The notes beneath the pieces were generated by a model. The model was not told the DNA's origin and ran no database searches. It saw nothing but the letters and a program-made list of their open reading frames with translations. DNA of 64,000 nucleotides from an uncultured Gammaproteobacteria bacterium (GTDB lineage Bacteria; Patescibacteriota; Patescibacteriia; Magasanikbacterales; JBBTXJ01), in the NCBI GenBank assembly GCA_964610305.1, contig CAZSVL010000001.1:6083-70082 (forward strand), written 5' to 3'. The translations under genes were made by a program, and so were the position numbers. Positions 47,021 through 57,086 of the stretch are shown piece by piece. Numbering within the stretch: the first letter of the stretch is position 1; each line of letters opens with the position of its first letter.

Positions 47021-47556
47021 TTATGAAGCTTAAGGCTTGGCACATTCATGTTTTTCTGGGTCTGCTTGTTATCAGCAGTTTTGTGGTTCTATATTTGGCA
47101 AATGCAGTGCGTTCTGGAAGCATAACGTATGAGTATGATTTTGAAGACAGAAGTCCCTTCTTGTCTGATTTTTGGCCGCCTGAAAGATTTGATTCTACCA
47201 TACCAACCATTGGTGGTGTTGTCCGGCCTGTTGTTGAGACGCCGGTTACTTTTTTTGTTCATCCAACACGTGAATTTAGAAACGCCCGAGTACAAATGGT
47301 GTTCAAGTTTGCACAAGAGGCTCCGCTTATGCTTTTTTATAAATCGGGAATAAGAGATGATGACTACAAGCCGTTTGAGATTGAGCAGGTAGAGGCCATG
47401 GAAAACGGTTTTTGGAAGGCAACGGCAGCAGTAGACATGAATGATTGGTTTAGATCTAATGCGGGTAGGTATACCGCAAAAATTGATAGCCCGCTTTTGC
47501 TGGAACATAGAAATACTCTTTGGGTGAAACACATAAGCGTATCTTTGAAGGATTAA
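47017..47556 (+). CDS. Membrane-anchored hypothetical protein
   Basis: N-terminal TM; operonic overlap. Confidence 0.7.
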   Translation: MIMKLKAWHIHVFLGLLVISSFVVLYLANAVRSGSITYEYDFEDRSPFLSDFWPPERFDSTIPTIGGVVRPVVETPVTFFVHPTREFRNARVQMVFKFAQEAPLMLFYKSGIRDDDYKPFEIEQVEAMENGFWKATAAVDMNDWFRSNAGRYTAKIDSPLLLEHRNTLWVKHISVSLKD

Positions 47557-47557
47557 T

Positions 47558-47740
47558 ATGTTAATTTTTTTGAAAAAAATAGCTGGACCTGTGGCATTTT
47601 GGTCTGGTTTATGGTTGCTAGTCTCTGGCATTGCTGAGCTTGCGCAAAAGGGGTTTGTGGTGCATCATATCAACACACGCTGGATTTGGCTTTTGTTTGG
47701 TTTTAGTGCTCTAGCATGGTTAATTTCTAAAAATAAGTAA
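47558..47740 (+). CDS. Small 2-TM protein
   Basis: 60 aa, tightly packed in the operon. Confidence 0.65.
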   Translation: MLIFLKKIAGPVAFWSGLWLLVSGIAELAQKGFVVHHINTRWIWLLFGFSALAWLISKNK

Positions 47741-47741
47741 T

Positions 47742-48155
47742 ATGGATTGTCTTTTTTGCAAAATTGCCTCTGGCGAAGTGTCAAGTAGTAAAATTTATGA
47801 AGATCAAACTGCCGTTGCTTTTCTGGATATAAATCCACTCTCAAAAGGGCACACGGTGGTAATTCCAAGGGAGCACGGAGGGACTATTTTGGATTATTCC
47901 AAAGAAGTTATGGAATCTTTTTTTGGATCAGTACAGGCGGTGGTGGCGCGAGTGAAAGAAAGCATTAATCCAGACGGCTTTACTATTGGAATTAATCATG
48001 AAATAGGTCAGGCCGTGCCGCATCTGCATGTTCATGTGATACCGCGATGGAAAGAAGATGGTGGTGGGGGAATGCATAGTGTTCATGGAAAGGATGCGGA
48101 TACGATGCTTGAGGACGTGGCTGCTTTGTTTAAAAAAAATAACCCGTCACTGTAG
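47742..48155 (+). CDS. HIT family protein
   Basis: CLFCKI, AFLDINP, HLHVHVIPR. Confidence 0.95.
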   Translation: MDCLFCKIASGEVSSSKIYEDQTAVAFLDINPLSKGHTVVIPREHGGTILDYSKEVMESFFGSVQAVVARVKESINPDGFTIGINHEIGQAVPHLHVHVIPRWKEDGGGGMHSVHGKDADTMLEDVAALFKKNNPSL

Positions 48156-48162
48156 TGACGGG
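48133..48162 (-). terminator. Terminator of the antisense ncRNA
   Basis: CCCGTCAC-taca-GTGACGGG followed by TTATTTTTTT on the minus strand. Confidence 0.7.
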
Positions 48163-48321
48163 GCTGCCAATATTGAGGCGCGCAAAATTACGTATCGGAT
48201 CCACAGCAACGCCGTTGCTCCGCACTCCCTGTAAGTCACGAAAGTGAAGGAGGTCTGCGGCACGCGCAAGTGAGGCTGACTGAATCCACGTCTACCGCTC
48301 ACGTGTCTCATATTTGGCAAC
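48163..48321 (-). ncRNA. Rod-like ncRNA of about 160 nt, probably 6S RNA
   Basis: Promoter TTGCCA(48357)-17-TATGAT(48334-29) and own terminator; ends pair (GTTGCCAA/TTGGCAGC); long imperfect hairpin with a central bubble. Confidence 0.6.
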
Positions 48322-48359
48322 GAGCATAATCATAATACACTTTAATTGAATTGGCAAGT

Positions 48360-49382
48360 ATGAAATTGTTAGTAACAGGGGGAGCAGGATTTATAGGATC
48401 AAATTTTATTAGATATTGGCTTTCTGAGCATCCTCAGGATGATGTTGTTAACGTTGATTCTCTTACCTACGCGGGAAATCTAGAAAATTTGTCAGACGTT
48501 TCTGATAATCAGCGATATAGTTTTGTAAGAGCAGATATTGGCGATTACTCTGCCATGATGGAAGCGCTGCAAGGAGTAGACGCAGTGGTAAATTTTGCAG
48601 CAGAATCCCACAATGACCGCGGTATTTTGGATCCCAGTATTTTTTTAAAGACTAATGTTTTAGGAACGCAGACTTTGCTTAGAGCATGCAAAGACGCGGG
48701 TGTGGCGCGTGTGCATCATATCTCTACCTGCGAGGTTTTTGGGGAGTTAGAGCTTGATGAAGACAGGTTATTCACCGAGGGAGACCCTTATGAGCCCAAG
48801 ACGCCATATAACGCCAGCAAAGCTGCGGCAAATCATGTGGTGCAGTCCTACTTTCATACGTTTAAGCTGCCTGTGACTATCAGTCACTGCGCTAACAACT
48901 ACGGGCCTTACCAGTTTCCAGAAAAAGTGATCCCCGTTTTTGCCACTAACGCTCTTGAAGACAAGGAACTACCGCTTTTTAAGAGTAGTCAAAATAAAAG
49001 AGAGTGGATTCATGTTGATGATCATTCCCGGGCCATTGATCTTATTTTGCGCAGCGGTAAAATTGGGCATGATTATAACGTGGGAACGCTAACAGAGAAA
49101 ACCGTAGAGGATATCGCTGATGCGGTGCTTAAACATTTAGAAAAGCCTCATACGCTTAAAACCTACGTTCCCGATAGACTGCAGCACGATAAACGCTATT
49201 TGCTTAATCCCACCAAAATAAAGACAGAGCTGGGCTGGGAGCCACAAATAGATTTTGACCAGGGAATCCGCGACACCATCCATTGGTACCGCGATAATCC
49301 GCAATGGTGGCAGCGGTGCAAAAGCGGCGAGTATCAGCAGTATTACAACAATTACTATAGAGAAAAAATAGGACAACTTTAA
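48360..49382 (+). CDS. rfbB: dTDP-glucose 4,6-dehydratase
   Basis: VTGGAGFIGSNF, LTYAGN, FAAESH, YNASK, NNYGPYQFPEK. Confidence 0.95.
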   Translation: MKLLVTGGAGFIGSNFIRYWLSEHPQDDVVNVDSLTYAGNLENLSDVSDNQRYSFVRADIGDYSAMMEALQGVDAVVNFAAESHNDRGILDPSIFLKTNVLGTQTLLRACKDAGVARVHHISTCEVFGELELDEDRLFTEGDPYEPKTPYNASKAAANHVVQSYFHTFKLPVTISHCANNYGPYQFPEKVIPVFATNALEDKELPLFKSSQNKREWIHVDDHSRAIDLILRSGKIGHDYNVGTLTEKTVEDIADAVLKHLEKPHTLKTYVPDRLQHDKRYLLNPTKIKTELGWEPQIDFDQGIRDTIHWYRDNPQWWQRCKSGEYQQYYNNYYREKIGQL

Positions 49383-49384
49383 TT

Positions 49385-50062
49385 ATGTACACCATTATTT
49401 CATTAGGAGGGTCAATGGTGATCCCAAAACGCGGTTTTGATATTCGTTTTTTAAAAAGTTTTAAGAAGCTTATCGAGGGTGAGATTAAGAAAGGTAAAAA
49501 GTTTGTTCTTATTGTTGGCGGGGGAGCTACGTGTAGAGCTTATCAGAACGCCTTGGGCAAAGTAACCAAAGTAGATGATTCTATTTTAGATTGGATGGGA
49601 ATTCACACCACTTATTACAATGCACAATTTGTAAGGCTTATGTTTGGGGATCTTGCTTACAAAGAAGTGGTAATGAATCCAACAGGGAAAATACGCACAC
49701 GTAAGCCGATAATTGTTGGATCTGGATGGAAGCCGGGCTGTTCATCTGACAAGGATGCTGTTTTAGCCGCAAAGACCTATGGATCCAACTCTGTTATAAA
49801 TATTTCCAATGTTTCTCATGTTTTTGATAAAGACCCAAACAAGTATAAGAGTGCAAGGCCAATAGAGCGTTTGAGCTGGGATGAGTATTTAAAGAAATTC
49901 GGCGTAAAATGGAAGCCGGGCATGAGTGCGCCCTTTGGCATTCCTGCTGCAAAATTGGCAGGCGCAGGGAAAATAGTGGTGAGTATTGTTGACGGCGGGG
50001 ACAGCAAGGCTCTAAGTGCAGCTATCGCCGGAAAGCCATTTGAAGGAACACTCATAGGTTGA
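49385..50062 (+). CDS. pyrH: UMP kinase (archaeal-type)
   Basis: ISLGGS, VGGGATCR.YQ, GWKPGCSSD, DKDP, GTLI. Confidence 0.88.
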   Translation: MYTIISLGGSMVIPKRGFDIRFLKSFKKLIEGEIKKGKKFVLIVGGGATCRAYQNALGKVTKVDDSILDWMGIHTTYYNAQFVRLMFGDLAYKEVVMNPTGKIRTRKPIIVGSGWKPGCSSDKDAVLAAKTYGSNSVINISNVSHVFDKDPNKYKSARPIERLSWDEYLKKFGVKWKPGMSAPFGIPAAKLAGAGKIVVSIVDGGDSKALSAAIAGKPFEGTLIG

Positions 50063-50112
50063 CAAAAACCGTTTTTTGTGGTGTACTGGAAGTAAGGAAA
50101 TTAGGAGGGTTC

Positions 50113-51108
50113 ATGCCAAAGGTAGTCACCGTGGGTGGGGGCTCAGGGCAATCAGTACTTTTAAAGGGGTTGGTGAATGTGTTGCCGCAAGCAGTAGAGC
50201 TTGGGGCTATTGTTACCAGCTCAGACTCTGGCGGATCAACGGGAGAGCTGCGCGATCAATTTGGTGTTTTGCCGGTTGGCGATTTGAGGCGGTGCATTAC
50301 GGCGCTTGCACAGACGCAAAATCCGATTTTGCGTCGTGTTCTCCTTGATGAGGAGCGCCCTACAGGACACCCCATGCTTAATTTTGCTCTGGCTCACCAC
50401 GTAAGTGGGAACCGTGGTGAGATTAAGGCCAGACTCAAGGACATTCAGGATCTTTTGGAAACACGCGGCTATGCTTGGCCTGTAACGTTGTGCCCCGTTG
50501 ACTTGAAAGCAACGTTTGAAAATGGGGAGCCGGTAATAGGAGAGCACCTCATTGATACCGGGGATCACGCTGGCAAGGGTAGAATCATCAAGTTGGAGCT
50601 TTTGCACAGCGAAAACGAGCATAACCATTCTCACAAGAAGGGTAAGAAGAAGATTTTCGGGGCCGCTAGGGGTGAAATTCTATCCGCAGATTTTGTGGTG
50701 GTGAGCCCTGGGGATCTGTATACCAGCATCATCCCCAACGTGTTGGTCTCCAAGATGAAGGCTGCGCTGCAAAATTCTGGCTGTAAGCTGGTCTTTGTGG
50801 TGAATGTCATGAGCAAGAGAGCCGAGACGTTCAAATATAAGGCTCACGAGTTTGTTAGGGAGTTTGAAAAGTACGCCGGCAAGAAGGTAGATGTTGTCAT
50901 CTGCAATAATGTTCGGCCGGCTCGGTCAGTCCTCAAGCGATATGAGAAGGAAGGCAAGCACTTTGTTGAGCCCATTAAAGTAAGCTCTTGGGATGGTCGC
51001 CGCGTGGTCAGCAGAGATTTGATTGTCTTTGATGATGATCACCGAATTCGACACGATGGCGACAAACTTGCTGCGCTTATCTATCAGATCATGTGCGGCG
51101 TTGCGTAA
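50113..51108 (+). CDS. YvcK/GlmR (CofD-like) family protein
   Basis: VGGGSG, DSGGSTGELR, GDLRRC, PGDLYTSIIPN, RHD..KLA. Confidence 0.9.
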   Translation: MPKVVTVGGGSGQSVLLKGLVNVLPQAVELGAIVTSSDSGGSTGELRDQFGVLPVGDLRRCITALAQTQNPILRRVLLDEERPTGHPMLNFALAHHVSGNRGEIKARLKDIQDLLETRGYAWPVTLCPVDLKATFENGEPVIGEHLIDTGDHAGKGRIIKLELLHSENEHNHSHKKGKKKIFGAARGEILSADFVVVSPGDLYTSIIPNVLVSKMKAALQNSGCKLVFVVNVMSKRAETFKYKAHEFVREFEKYAGKKVDVVICNNVRPARSVLKRYEKEGKHFVEPIKVSSWDGRRVVSRDLIVFDDDHRIRHDGDKLAALIYQIMCGVA

Positions 51109-51142
51109 AGGTCCGAGTTATCTCGGCCTTTTTTTGTTTATC

Positions 51143-51295
51143 TTGACAGAAATACGCAGCCTTGATATAGTATGCGCACCACAGACTGCAGCAGCCTTTT
51201 AGGCTTAATATGCTGCATAGGTAAAAATACTCGCCAAAGTGGCGAGACGGTCGATTTTTTGCCAATCTGTGTATTTCCACAGATTATTTTAATTT
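51143..51295 (+). promoter_or_regulatory. rplJ promoter and L10 leader
   Basis: TTGACA-17-TATAGT, then AGACTGCAGCAG...TTAATATGCTGCATAGGT (L10-leader-like pattern) and downstream hairpins. Confidence 0.7.
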
Positions 51296-51820
51296 ATGGC
51301 TAAAACAAAAGAGCAAAAAGAGCAGATTGTAGCACGTCTCAAAAGTGATTTTGAGCGGGCCAAGTCTGTTGTATTTGCGAATTTTCAAGGACTTAGTGTA
51401 GCTGAGGCTGAAGAGCTTCGCGGTAAGGCCAGAGAGTCTGGCGTTGGCGTATATGTTGCCAAAAAGACACTGCTTGAGCGCGCTGCTAAAGAGGCAGAGC
51501 TAGGAGATGTTTCTCCACGAGCTTTTGCTGGTGGAGTGGCAACCTTCTTTGGTTTTGAGGATGAAGTTGCTCCTGCCCGAATCGTTCATGAATTCTCTAA
51601 GGATCATGAAGTGGTTGAAATTGTGGGCGGAACCATGGAAGGTTCAGCTATTGCCGTAGAGCAGATTAAGGCACTTGCGTTGCTGCCAGGCAAGCAGGAA
51701 TTACTTGGCAAGCTTGTGGGCACACTTAACGCGCCGGTATCTGGCTTTGCCAATGTGCTCGCCGGAAACGTGCGTGGTTTGGTAACGGTTCTTGATGGAA
51801 TTCGCGATCAAAAAGCTTAA
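51296..51820 (+). CDS. rplJ: 50S ribosomal protein L10
   Basis: KTKEQK, GLSV...LR, VAKKTL, LALLP. Confidence 0.96.
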   Translation: MAKTKEQKEQIVARLKSDFERAKSVVFANFQGLSVAEAEELRGKARESGVGVYVAKKTLLERAAKEAELGDVSPRAFAGGVATFFGFEDEVAPARIVHEFSKDHEVVEIVGGTMEGSAIAVEQIKALALLPGKQELLGKLVGTLNAPVSGFANVLAGNVRGLVTVLDGIRDQKA

Positions 51821-51830
51821 TAACAATTAT

Positions 51831-52304
51831 ATGTCAGATGATCAAACAACCGCTGTAGCAGAGGAGCAAAAAGAGGAAACTGTTGCTCCTGCGCCTGCAG
51901 CTGAAGAAAAAAGTGATGTAGAAGTTCCTGAGAAATTTAAGGGGCTTGTAGAGCAGATTGAGCAAATGAGTGTGCTTGATCTCTCAGAGCTTGTTAAGAT
52001 TCTTGAGGACAAATTTGGTGTGAGCGCAAGTGCTCCTGCCATGATGATGGCTGGTCCTGCTGCTGGTGGCGACGCAGCTGCCGCAGAGGAGAAGTCAGAA
52101 TTTAACGTAGAGCTTTCAGGATTTGGTGATAACAAAATTGCGGTGATCAAAGCCGTTAAAGAAATCACTGGTCTTGGTCTAGCAGATGCTAAAGGTTTGG
52201 TAGACGGAGCTCCATCTATGCTAAAAGAAGCGGTAAAGAAAGAAGAAGCAGAAGAGATGAAGAAAAAGATTGAAGAGGCAGGTGGAAGCGTAGAGCTTAA
52301 ATAA
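51831..52304 (+). CDS. rplL: 50S ribosomal protein L7/L12 with an acidic N-terminal extension
   Basis: [35 protein letters not shown]. Confidence 0.96.
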   Translation: MSDDQTTAVAEEQKEETVAPAPAAEEKSDVEVPEKFKGLVEQIEQMSVLDLSELVKILEDKFGVSASAPAMMMAGPAAGGDAAAAEEKSEFNVELSGFGDNKIAVIKAVKEITGLGLADAKGLVDGAPSMLKEAVKKEEAEEMKKKIEEAGGSVELK

Positions 52305-52342
52305 GATTCAAAAAACCAGCTGCGGCTGGTTTTTTGGTACTC

Positions 52343-54505
52343 TCAATTTATGTGCGAGAGCGTAAAGGATTGAAGATTTTTGTCAGTAATAAAGTATGCT
52401 GTTTTTCTCTCTTCATGCACGTGAAAATCTGTAGCAAGGGCAAGTTCATCGCTCAAATATTGGGCGACAAGCTTTCCGTCTTTGCTGTAAGCCATAATGC
52501 GGTTTTGCGAGGATTCAAGAAAATATAAGTATTGCGAATCAATGTTTGACCAGATGGCATTGATATTATCAATAGCCGGCTGGGCTGGCGTCAGGGTGAA
52601 AGGTACCACTTGTCCCTTTTGTAGTTTTGTTACAGAGCCGCCGGTTCCTATTATGTAGATGGACCCGTCAACTACAATATAGCGAGCATTGAGAGGGAAA
52701 AGGACAGAATTCTGTAACCACGGATTTCCCTTTTGAGAGAGTCCTGTGTTTGAGAGTCGGTGAGTTTCAATTCGCCCTGAAGCAGCGTATAGGGTGTAAA
52801 CGCGATTAGAAAAAAGCGCAAAGTCTGTAAGATTTTCAAGAGATGTAAGTTTGCTAGCCTTTGGTGGCGAAAATTCAAACAGGTCATTGCCTGATCGTCC
52901 TATAAGATTTTGCTCTCCTTGTTGGGCATTGATCAGGGGCGCAGAAGTGTCTTGCGGTTGCCCAAGTTGGCCAGACAGTGTGGAGGTGATGCTTTTTGAT
53001 TGGGTAGCGCTTGTAATGAGAAGCTGATCTTCATAAAAGGTGAGGGATCTGCTGCCGGCGATGAGAGTGTCTGGAATATCAGCTAAGCGCTGAGCAATAA
53101 TAGGCACTTCCTTTCGGAGTCCTTTTTGTGCATCCTTGATAATTGCCAGCAGATCTTCGTGGGCAATTCTTTGTTGCGATCCGCGTGGCTTAATTTCAAG
53201 AAGATTCTGATGGGCTTGCTCTAAAAGCTGGTGTGCCTGAGCTTGCGCGCCATAGATAGTTGCTGCATTAGCTTCTTCCAGAAGGGTAGAGGCAGATGTA
53301 ATCGCCTTGTCAAAAAGTTCACCCTTTTTTTGTCCATAAGCAGACCATGACCAAACACTGCCGCCAATGATTCCGACAAGAAGCAGTACAGCCATTGCCC
53401 CATACCACACTCTTTTTTTTCTTGTGAGGGCGGTATACCTATTCCTAAATCCCTGCATGGTGCTTCCTACATTCTGGCCTAAAGCTGCACTTGCCTTGCT
53501 TCTGCCTGATGGCGAGCTTTTTATCATGGCAGTGGTAACGCGTCCTACGCGCCATATAGCAACAACTGATGACTGGGCCAGGCGAGTAATCAGAATTCCC
53601 CCAGTGCGCAGAAGGTATACAAGCGTGTGGCCAAATAAAAAGCTGCTCTCTGTTTCTGGGCGCATTGCTCTTGGAGTGTGTGATTTTTTGTGCGATGCAT
53701 TTGGTCTTTTTCTCCACTGCTCCTTAAACCATACGCGGGTATTTTTTATCACGGTGGGCTCCAAAAGTTCATCTGTTATGTCTTGTCCACGCAGCAATGT
53801 TTCTATTGAAGCATGAGATCCGCCACGCGGCTTTTCTTTAGTTTTTACCACTGCTGCTGGTCGTGCCTCTGCAAGTACACCGGCAAAAGACAGACTACTG
53901 CCCAGCTCTGAGATAGATCTTTGCAGGTGGCGTGCTATTTCAGCCCCATTGTGCCCGTGCACAATTTTTGCGAGGCGATCCGATGTGTAGTAATCCTTAA
54001 CATGAGAGCTTGAGAGAAAAATAACGTCCTGAACCCCCAGTGTTCCTTCTACCAATTCTCCAAAAAAAGTTTCTGTGTCTTGATGTTCTGCGCTGAGGTG
54101 ATGCACTTGTCTGGATCGAGCCAAAAAGAGCCAAACATCAGGAGAGCCGTGAGTACTGAAGGCAATATGTGAGCCGGTGAAAAGTCCAATTATGGCATGC
54201 ACGTCTGCTTGCTCCGCATCTGCAAGATGTTTGAGTAGTCCGTTGGCGTGCATGATAGTATCTTCAAAATGGTTTCGCTCTGGAATGTGTTGTTCGTAGT
54301 AGTATTCACCAAGAAAACGAGCTAGATCTGTGTATTGTTTTATAAGTGACTCAGATGAATGCTCCAGTTCAAATAAAGTAAAAAAACGTCCCATTTCTTG
54401 CTGTGCAGACGTGGGTTGGTGCAGGTCTAAAATGCACAGCGATCGCGCGTCAGAGCGACCGCTCACGGCAATGGTGTGTAGTTGTGTATTCAAAATAGGC
54501 TTCAT
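52343..54505 (-). CDS. Large membrane protein (degenerate PP2C-like N-domain, TM, beta-propeller-like C-domain)
   Basis: 720-aa ORF with a central TM; VDGSIY and YFLE...NRI repeats at the C-terminus. Confidence 0.7.
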   Translation of the reverse strand: MKPILNTQLHTIAVSGRSDARSLCILDLHQPTSAQQEMGRFFTLFELEHSSESLIKQYTDLARFLGEYYYEQHIPERNHFEDTIMHANGLLKHLADAEQADVHAIIGLFTGSHIAFSTHGSPDVWLFLARSRQVHHLSAEHQDTETFFGELVEGTLGVQDVIFLSSSHVKDYYTSDRLAKIVHGHNGAEIARHLQRSISELGSSLSFAGVLAEARPAAVVKTKEKPRGGSHASIETLLRGQDITDELLEPTVIKNTRVWFKEQWRKRPNASHKKSHTPRAMRPETESSFLFGHTLVYLLRTGGILITRLAQSSVVAIWRVGRVTTAMIKSSPSGRSKASAALGQNVGSTMQGFRNRYTALTRKKRVWYGAMAVLLLVGIIGGSVWSWSAYGQKKGELFDKAITSASTLLEEANAATIYGAQAQAHQLLEQAHQNLLEIKPRGSQQRIAHEDLLAIIKDAQKGLRKEVPIIAQRLADIPDTLIAGSRSLTFYEDQLLITSATQSKSITSTLSGQLGQPQDTSAPLINAQQGEQNLIGRSGNDLFEFSPPKASKLTSLENLTDFALFSNRVYTLYAASGRIETHRLSNTGLSQKGNPWLQNSVLFPLNARYIVVDGSIYIIGTGGSVTKLQKGQVVPFTLTPAQPAIDNINAIWSNIDSQYLYFLESSQNRIMAYSKDGKLVAQYLSDELALATDFHVHEERKTAYFITDKNLQSFTLSHIN

Positions 54506-54621
54506 GGCTAGAACCTCTATACATAATTATACTGCAGGGAGGCATTGTATTCAAACGCGCGTTGTGCCTGCACAGGTGAGCCCTTTACAAATGAGTACAA
54601 ATTGTGTACAGTAGACACCCT

Positions 54622-55194
54622 ATGCTAGATCAATTATTTGGGTCAAAAACAAGAGTAAAAGTGCTTGATGTTCTCTTTTCTGCTCCACAAAAGCCTTTTT
54701 TTGTGAGAGAGCTTAGTAGAGCGGCAGGTGTTCAAATTAATGCCGTAAGACGAGAGCTGCAAATACTGCTTAATACGGGTTTGGTGCAAGAAAAAGACAT
54801 GGAAGACAAGCAAGACGTGCGCAGAAAATTTTATGCGCTTAATGAGCAGTCAATCATTGCAAAAGAGCTCTCTGCACTTCTCGCAAAAAATCAGCTACTC
54901 TGCGAACAGGCCTTGCTGCGGGAATTACGAAATTTGCCCGGAGCGCAGCTCATCTTAGCTAGTGGCATTTTTGTGGGAGATGCTGATTTGCCAGTGGACT
55001 TGTTGGTGGCGGGAGATGTATCTGAGGCTCAGCTAAAAAATGTGGTGTCAGGTTTTGAAGAAAAACTATCTGAACCGCTGCGTTACACCCTCTTTAGTTC
55101 AGAGGAGTATCAAGACAGAAAAAAGATTATGGATAAATTTTTATACGATATATTGGATAGTCAATACGTAATTATTGCAGGCGAGAGAGTATGA
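54622..55194 (+). CDS. Winged-helix regulator with a nucleotidyltransferase-like C-domain
   Basis: LFGSKTRVK, FFVRELSR...INAVRREL, VDLLVAGD. Confidence 0.8.
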   Translation: MLDQLFGSKTRVKVLDVLFSAPQKPFFVRELSRAAGVQINAVRRELQILLNTGLVQEKDMEDKQDVRRKFYALNEQSIIAKELSALLAKNQLLCEQALLRELRNLPGAQLILASGIFVGDADLPVDLLVAGDVSEAQLKNVVSGFEEKLSEPLRYTLFSSEEYQDRKKIMDKFLYDILDSQYVIIAGERV

Positions 55195-55556
55195 GTGTTT
55201 TGGTATTAGATCAGGAGCCAGAAGGAATTGTGGTGCAGATACGGGGTGTGGAAGGAACGCTCAGCAGCGTTGTGGCAGAGAAAGACAAGCTACTTGCTGT
55301 AATAGATGAGCTCTTGCAAGAAAATAATACTGCTCTGAAAGAGATAAAATCAATTGTAGTACGTTTGCAGCAAGGAAGGTTTAGCGCAACGCGCATTGCT
55401 ATTGTCACCGCAAACGCGATTGCATATGCCGTGGGCGCGAAAGTCCACACCATGATGCCTGGTGAGCAGCCAGAGATAGCCCTTGATAGAGAGGCGGATC
55501 GCTATGCGCTTGCTCAATACAGCGCGCCACCGTCAATAAGTAAACCAAAGGTTTGA
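55191..55556 (+). CDS. Short TsaB-like protein
   Basis: LLAVIDELL, GRFSATRIAIVTANAIAY, Y..PP.I. Confidence 0.7.
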   Translation: MSVLVLDQEPEGIVVQIRGVEGTLSSVVAEKDKLLAVIDELLQENNTALKEIKSIVVRLQQGRFSATRIAIVTANAIAYAVGAKVHTMMPGEQPEIALDREADRYALAQYSAPPSISKPKV

Positions 55557-55575
55557 GTACATATTGTATTCAATT

Positions 55576-57063
55576 ATGAACGATTACACACGCTACAGAA
55601 TGTATGAAATGTTACCCGGGTTTCTAACGTGGGGCGTTTTGTTTTTGGGTGTAATCTTGTCCTTTTTGGCTCCGCTTTGGGTGGTATATTTTATGATAGT
55701 TTTTTCCGTGTACTGGGTGGCACGAGTGATGTATTTTAGTATATTTTTAATTCACGGATGGTTTCAGTACAAAAAAGCAGAAAAAGTTAATTGGCGCGGC
55801 TCAGTAGAGAAGATATTAGGATGGGATCAAATTTATCATCTAGTTTTCTTGCCCATGTACAACGAGGATGTCCAGGTGGTAAGAGATACGCTGGAGAATC
55901 TTAGAAAAAGCGAGTACCCACTTGATAAAATGATTATTGTTCTTGCGGGTGAAGAAAGAAAGGGTGAGCATTTTGATAGTGTGGTAGCCGCGGTAAAAGA
56001 GGAGTATAAAGACGTTTTTTACAAGTTTTGGACGACAAAACACCCAGCAGGATTGCCTGGCGAGATTGATGGCAAGGGTTCTAATCTGCACTTTGCCGGC
56101 AAGGAAGTACAAAAGCGCATTGATGAGTTGGGAATTCCCTATGATAGAATAATTGTGTCTTCTTTTGATGTTGATACCATCTCTCATCCTCAGTATTTTG
56201 CGTACGTTGCGCATGAGTATTTGAATCATCCAGATCCAACACATACCGCCTTCCAGCCATTGGCGCTTTACAACAATAATATGTGGGAGTCGCCGGCAGT
56301 GCTGCGTATCATGTCTTTTGGTACCACTTTTTGGCTTATGTTTGCCTTGGGAAGGCCGGACACCATTACCACGTTCTCTTCTCACAGTTTTAGCTTTAAG
56401 GCGCTTGTGGATGTTGGTTTTTGGCAGAAGGATATTGTCTCAGAGGACTCTAGAATTTTTTTGCAGGGATTTGTTCATTATGGCGGGAAGTATCGCGTTC
56501 ATCCACTGTATATTCCTGTTTCTATGGACACCGTGCGTGATGACAGTTGGGCAAAGAGCATAAAAAATATCTACAAACAGCAGCGAAGGTGGGCGTGGGG
56601 CGTGGAGCACGTTCCGTATTTGCTTTGGGAGTTTAGAAAGAATAAGCACAGAATTCCCTGGCAGCTTAGATGGCGCCAAATGTGGTATCAGCTAGAGGGA
56701 AAGTTTTCCTGGGCAACCACGGCTTTGATTATTCTTATTTTTGGAAGGTTGCCTCTGTGGGTAGCCGGTGAGAGCGTAGAGAAAGCTGCCCTATTTCAGA
56801 ATACACCTCATATATTAGAATGGCTTATGGGAATTGCGATGGTTGGTATTGTGGTATCTATGACGCTCAGCCTTACTTTATTGCCACCGCCGCCAAAACA
56901 TGTAAAAAATCATACTTTGCTGATGATGATAGCTCAGTGGATATTGCTGCCGGTTTCACTTATTCTGGTAAGCGCCATACCGGCCATAGACGCTCAGACG
57001 CATTTGATGAGAGGTAAATATCTGGGATTTAATGTGAGCCAAAAGAAACGAGCTGCAAGCTAG
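55576..57063 (+). CDS. Glycosyltransferase family 2, membrane-bound
   Basis: LPMYNE, FDVD, SED, QQRRWAWG. Confidence 0.9.
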   Translation: MNDYTRYRMYEMLPGFLTWGVLFLGVILSFLAPLWVVYFMIVFSVYWVARVMYFSIFLIHGWFQYKKAEKVNWRGSVEKILGWDQIYHLVFLPMYNEDVQVVRDTLENLRKSEYPLDKMIIVLAGEERKGEHFDSVVAAVKEEYKDVFYKFWTTKHPAGLPGEIDGKGSNLHFAGKEVQKRIDELGIPYDRIIVSSFDVDTISHPQYFAYVAHEYLNHPDPTHTAFQPLALYNNNMWESPAVLRIMSFGTTFWLMFALGRPDTITTFSSHSFSFKALVDVGFWQKDIVSEDSRIFLQGFVHYGGKYRVHPLYIPVSMDTVRDDSWAKSIKNIYKQQRRWAWGVEHVPYLLWEFRKNKHRIPWQLRWRQMWYQLEGKFSWATTALIILIFGRLPLWVAGESVEKAALFQNTPHILEWLMGIAMVGIVVSMTLSLTLLPPPPKHVKNHTLLMMIAQWILLPVSLILVSAIPAIDAQTHLMRGKYLGFNVSQKKRAAS

Positions 57064-57086
57064 ACAAAATTAAACACAGTTGATCC

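Noticed and set aside
48225-48255. SRP RNA helix-8-like motif (TCAC-GAAA-GTGA) on the + strand
   Set aside because: The symmetric loop does not match CAGG/AGCA, and the promoter and terminator point to the minus strand.
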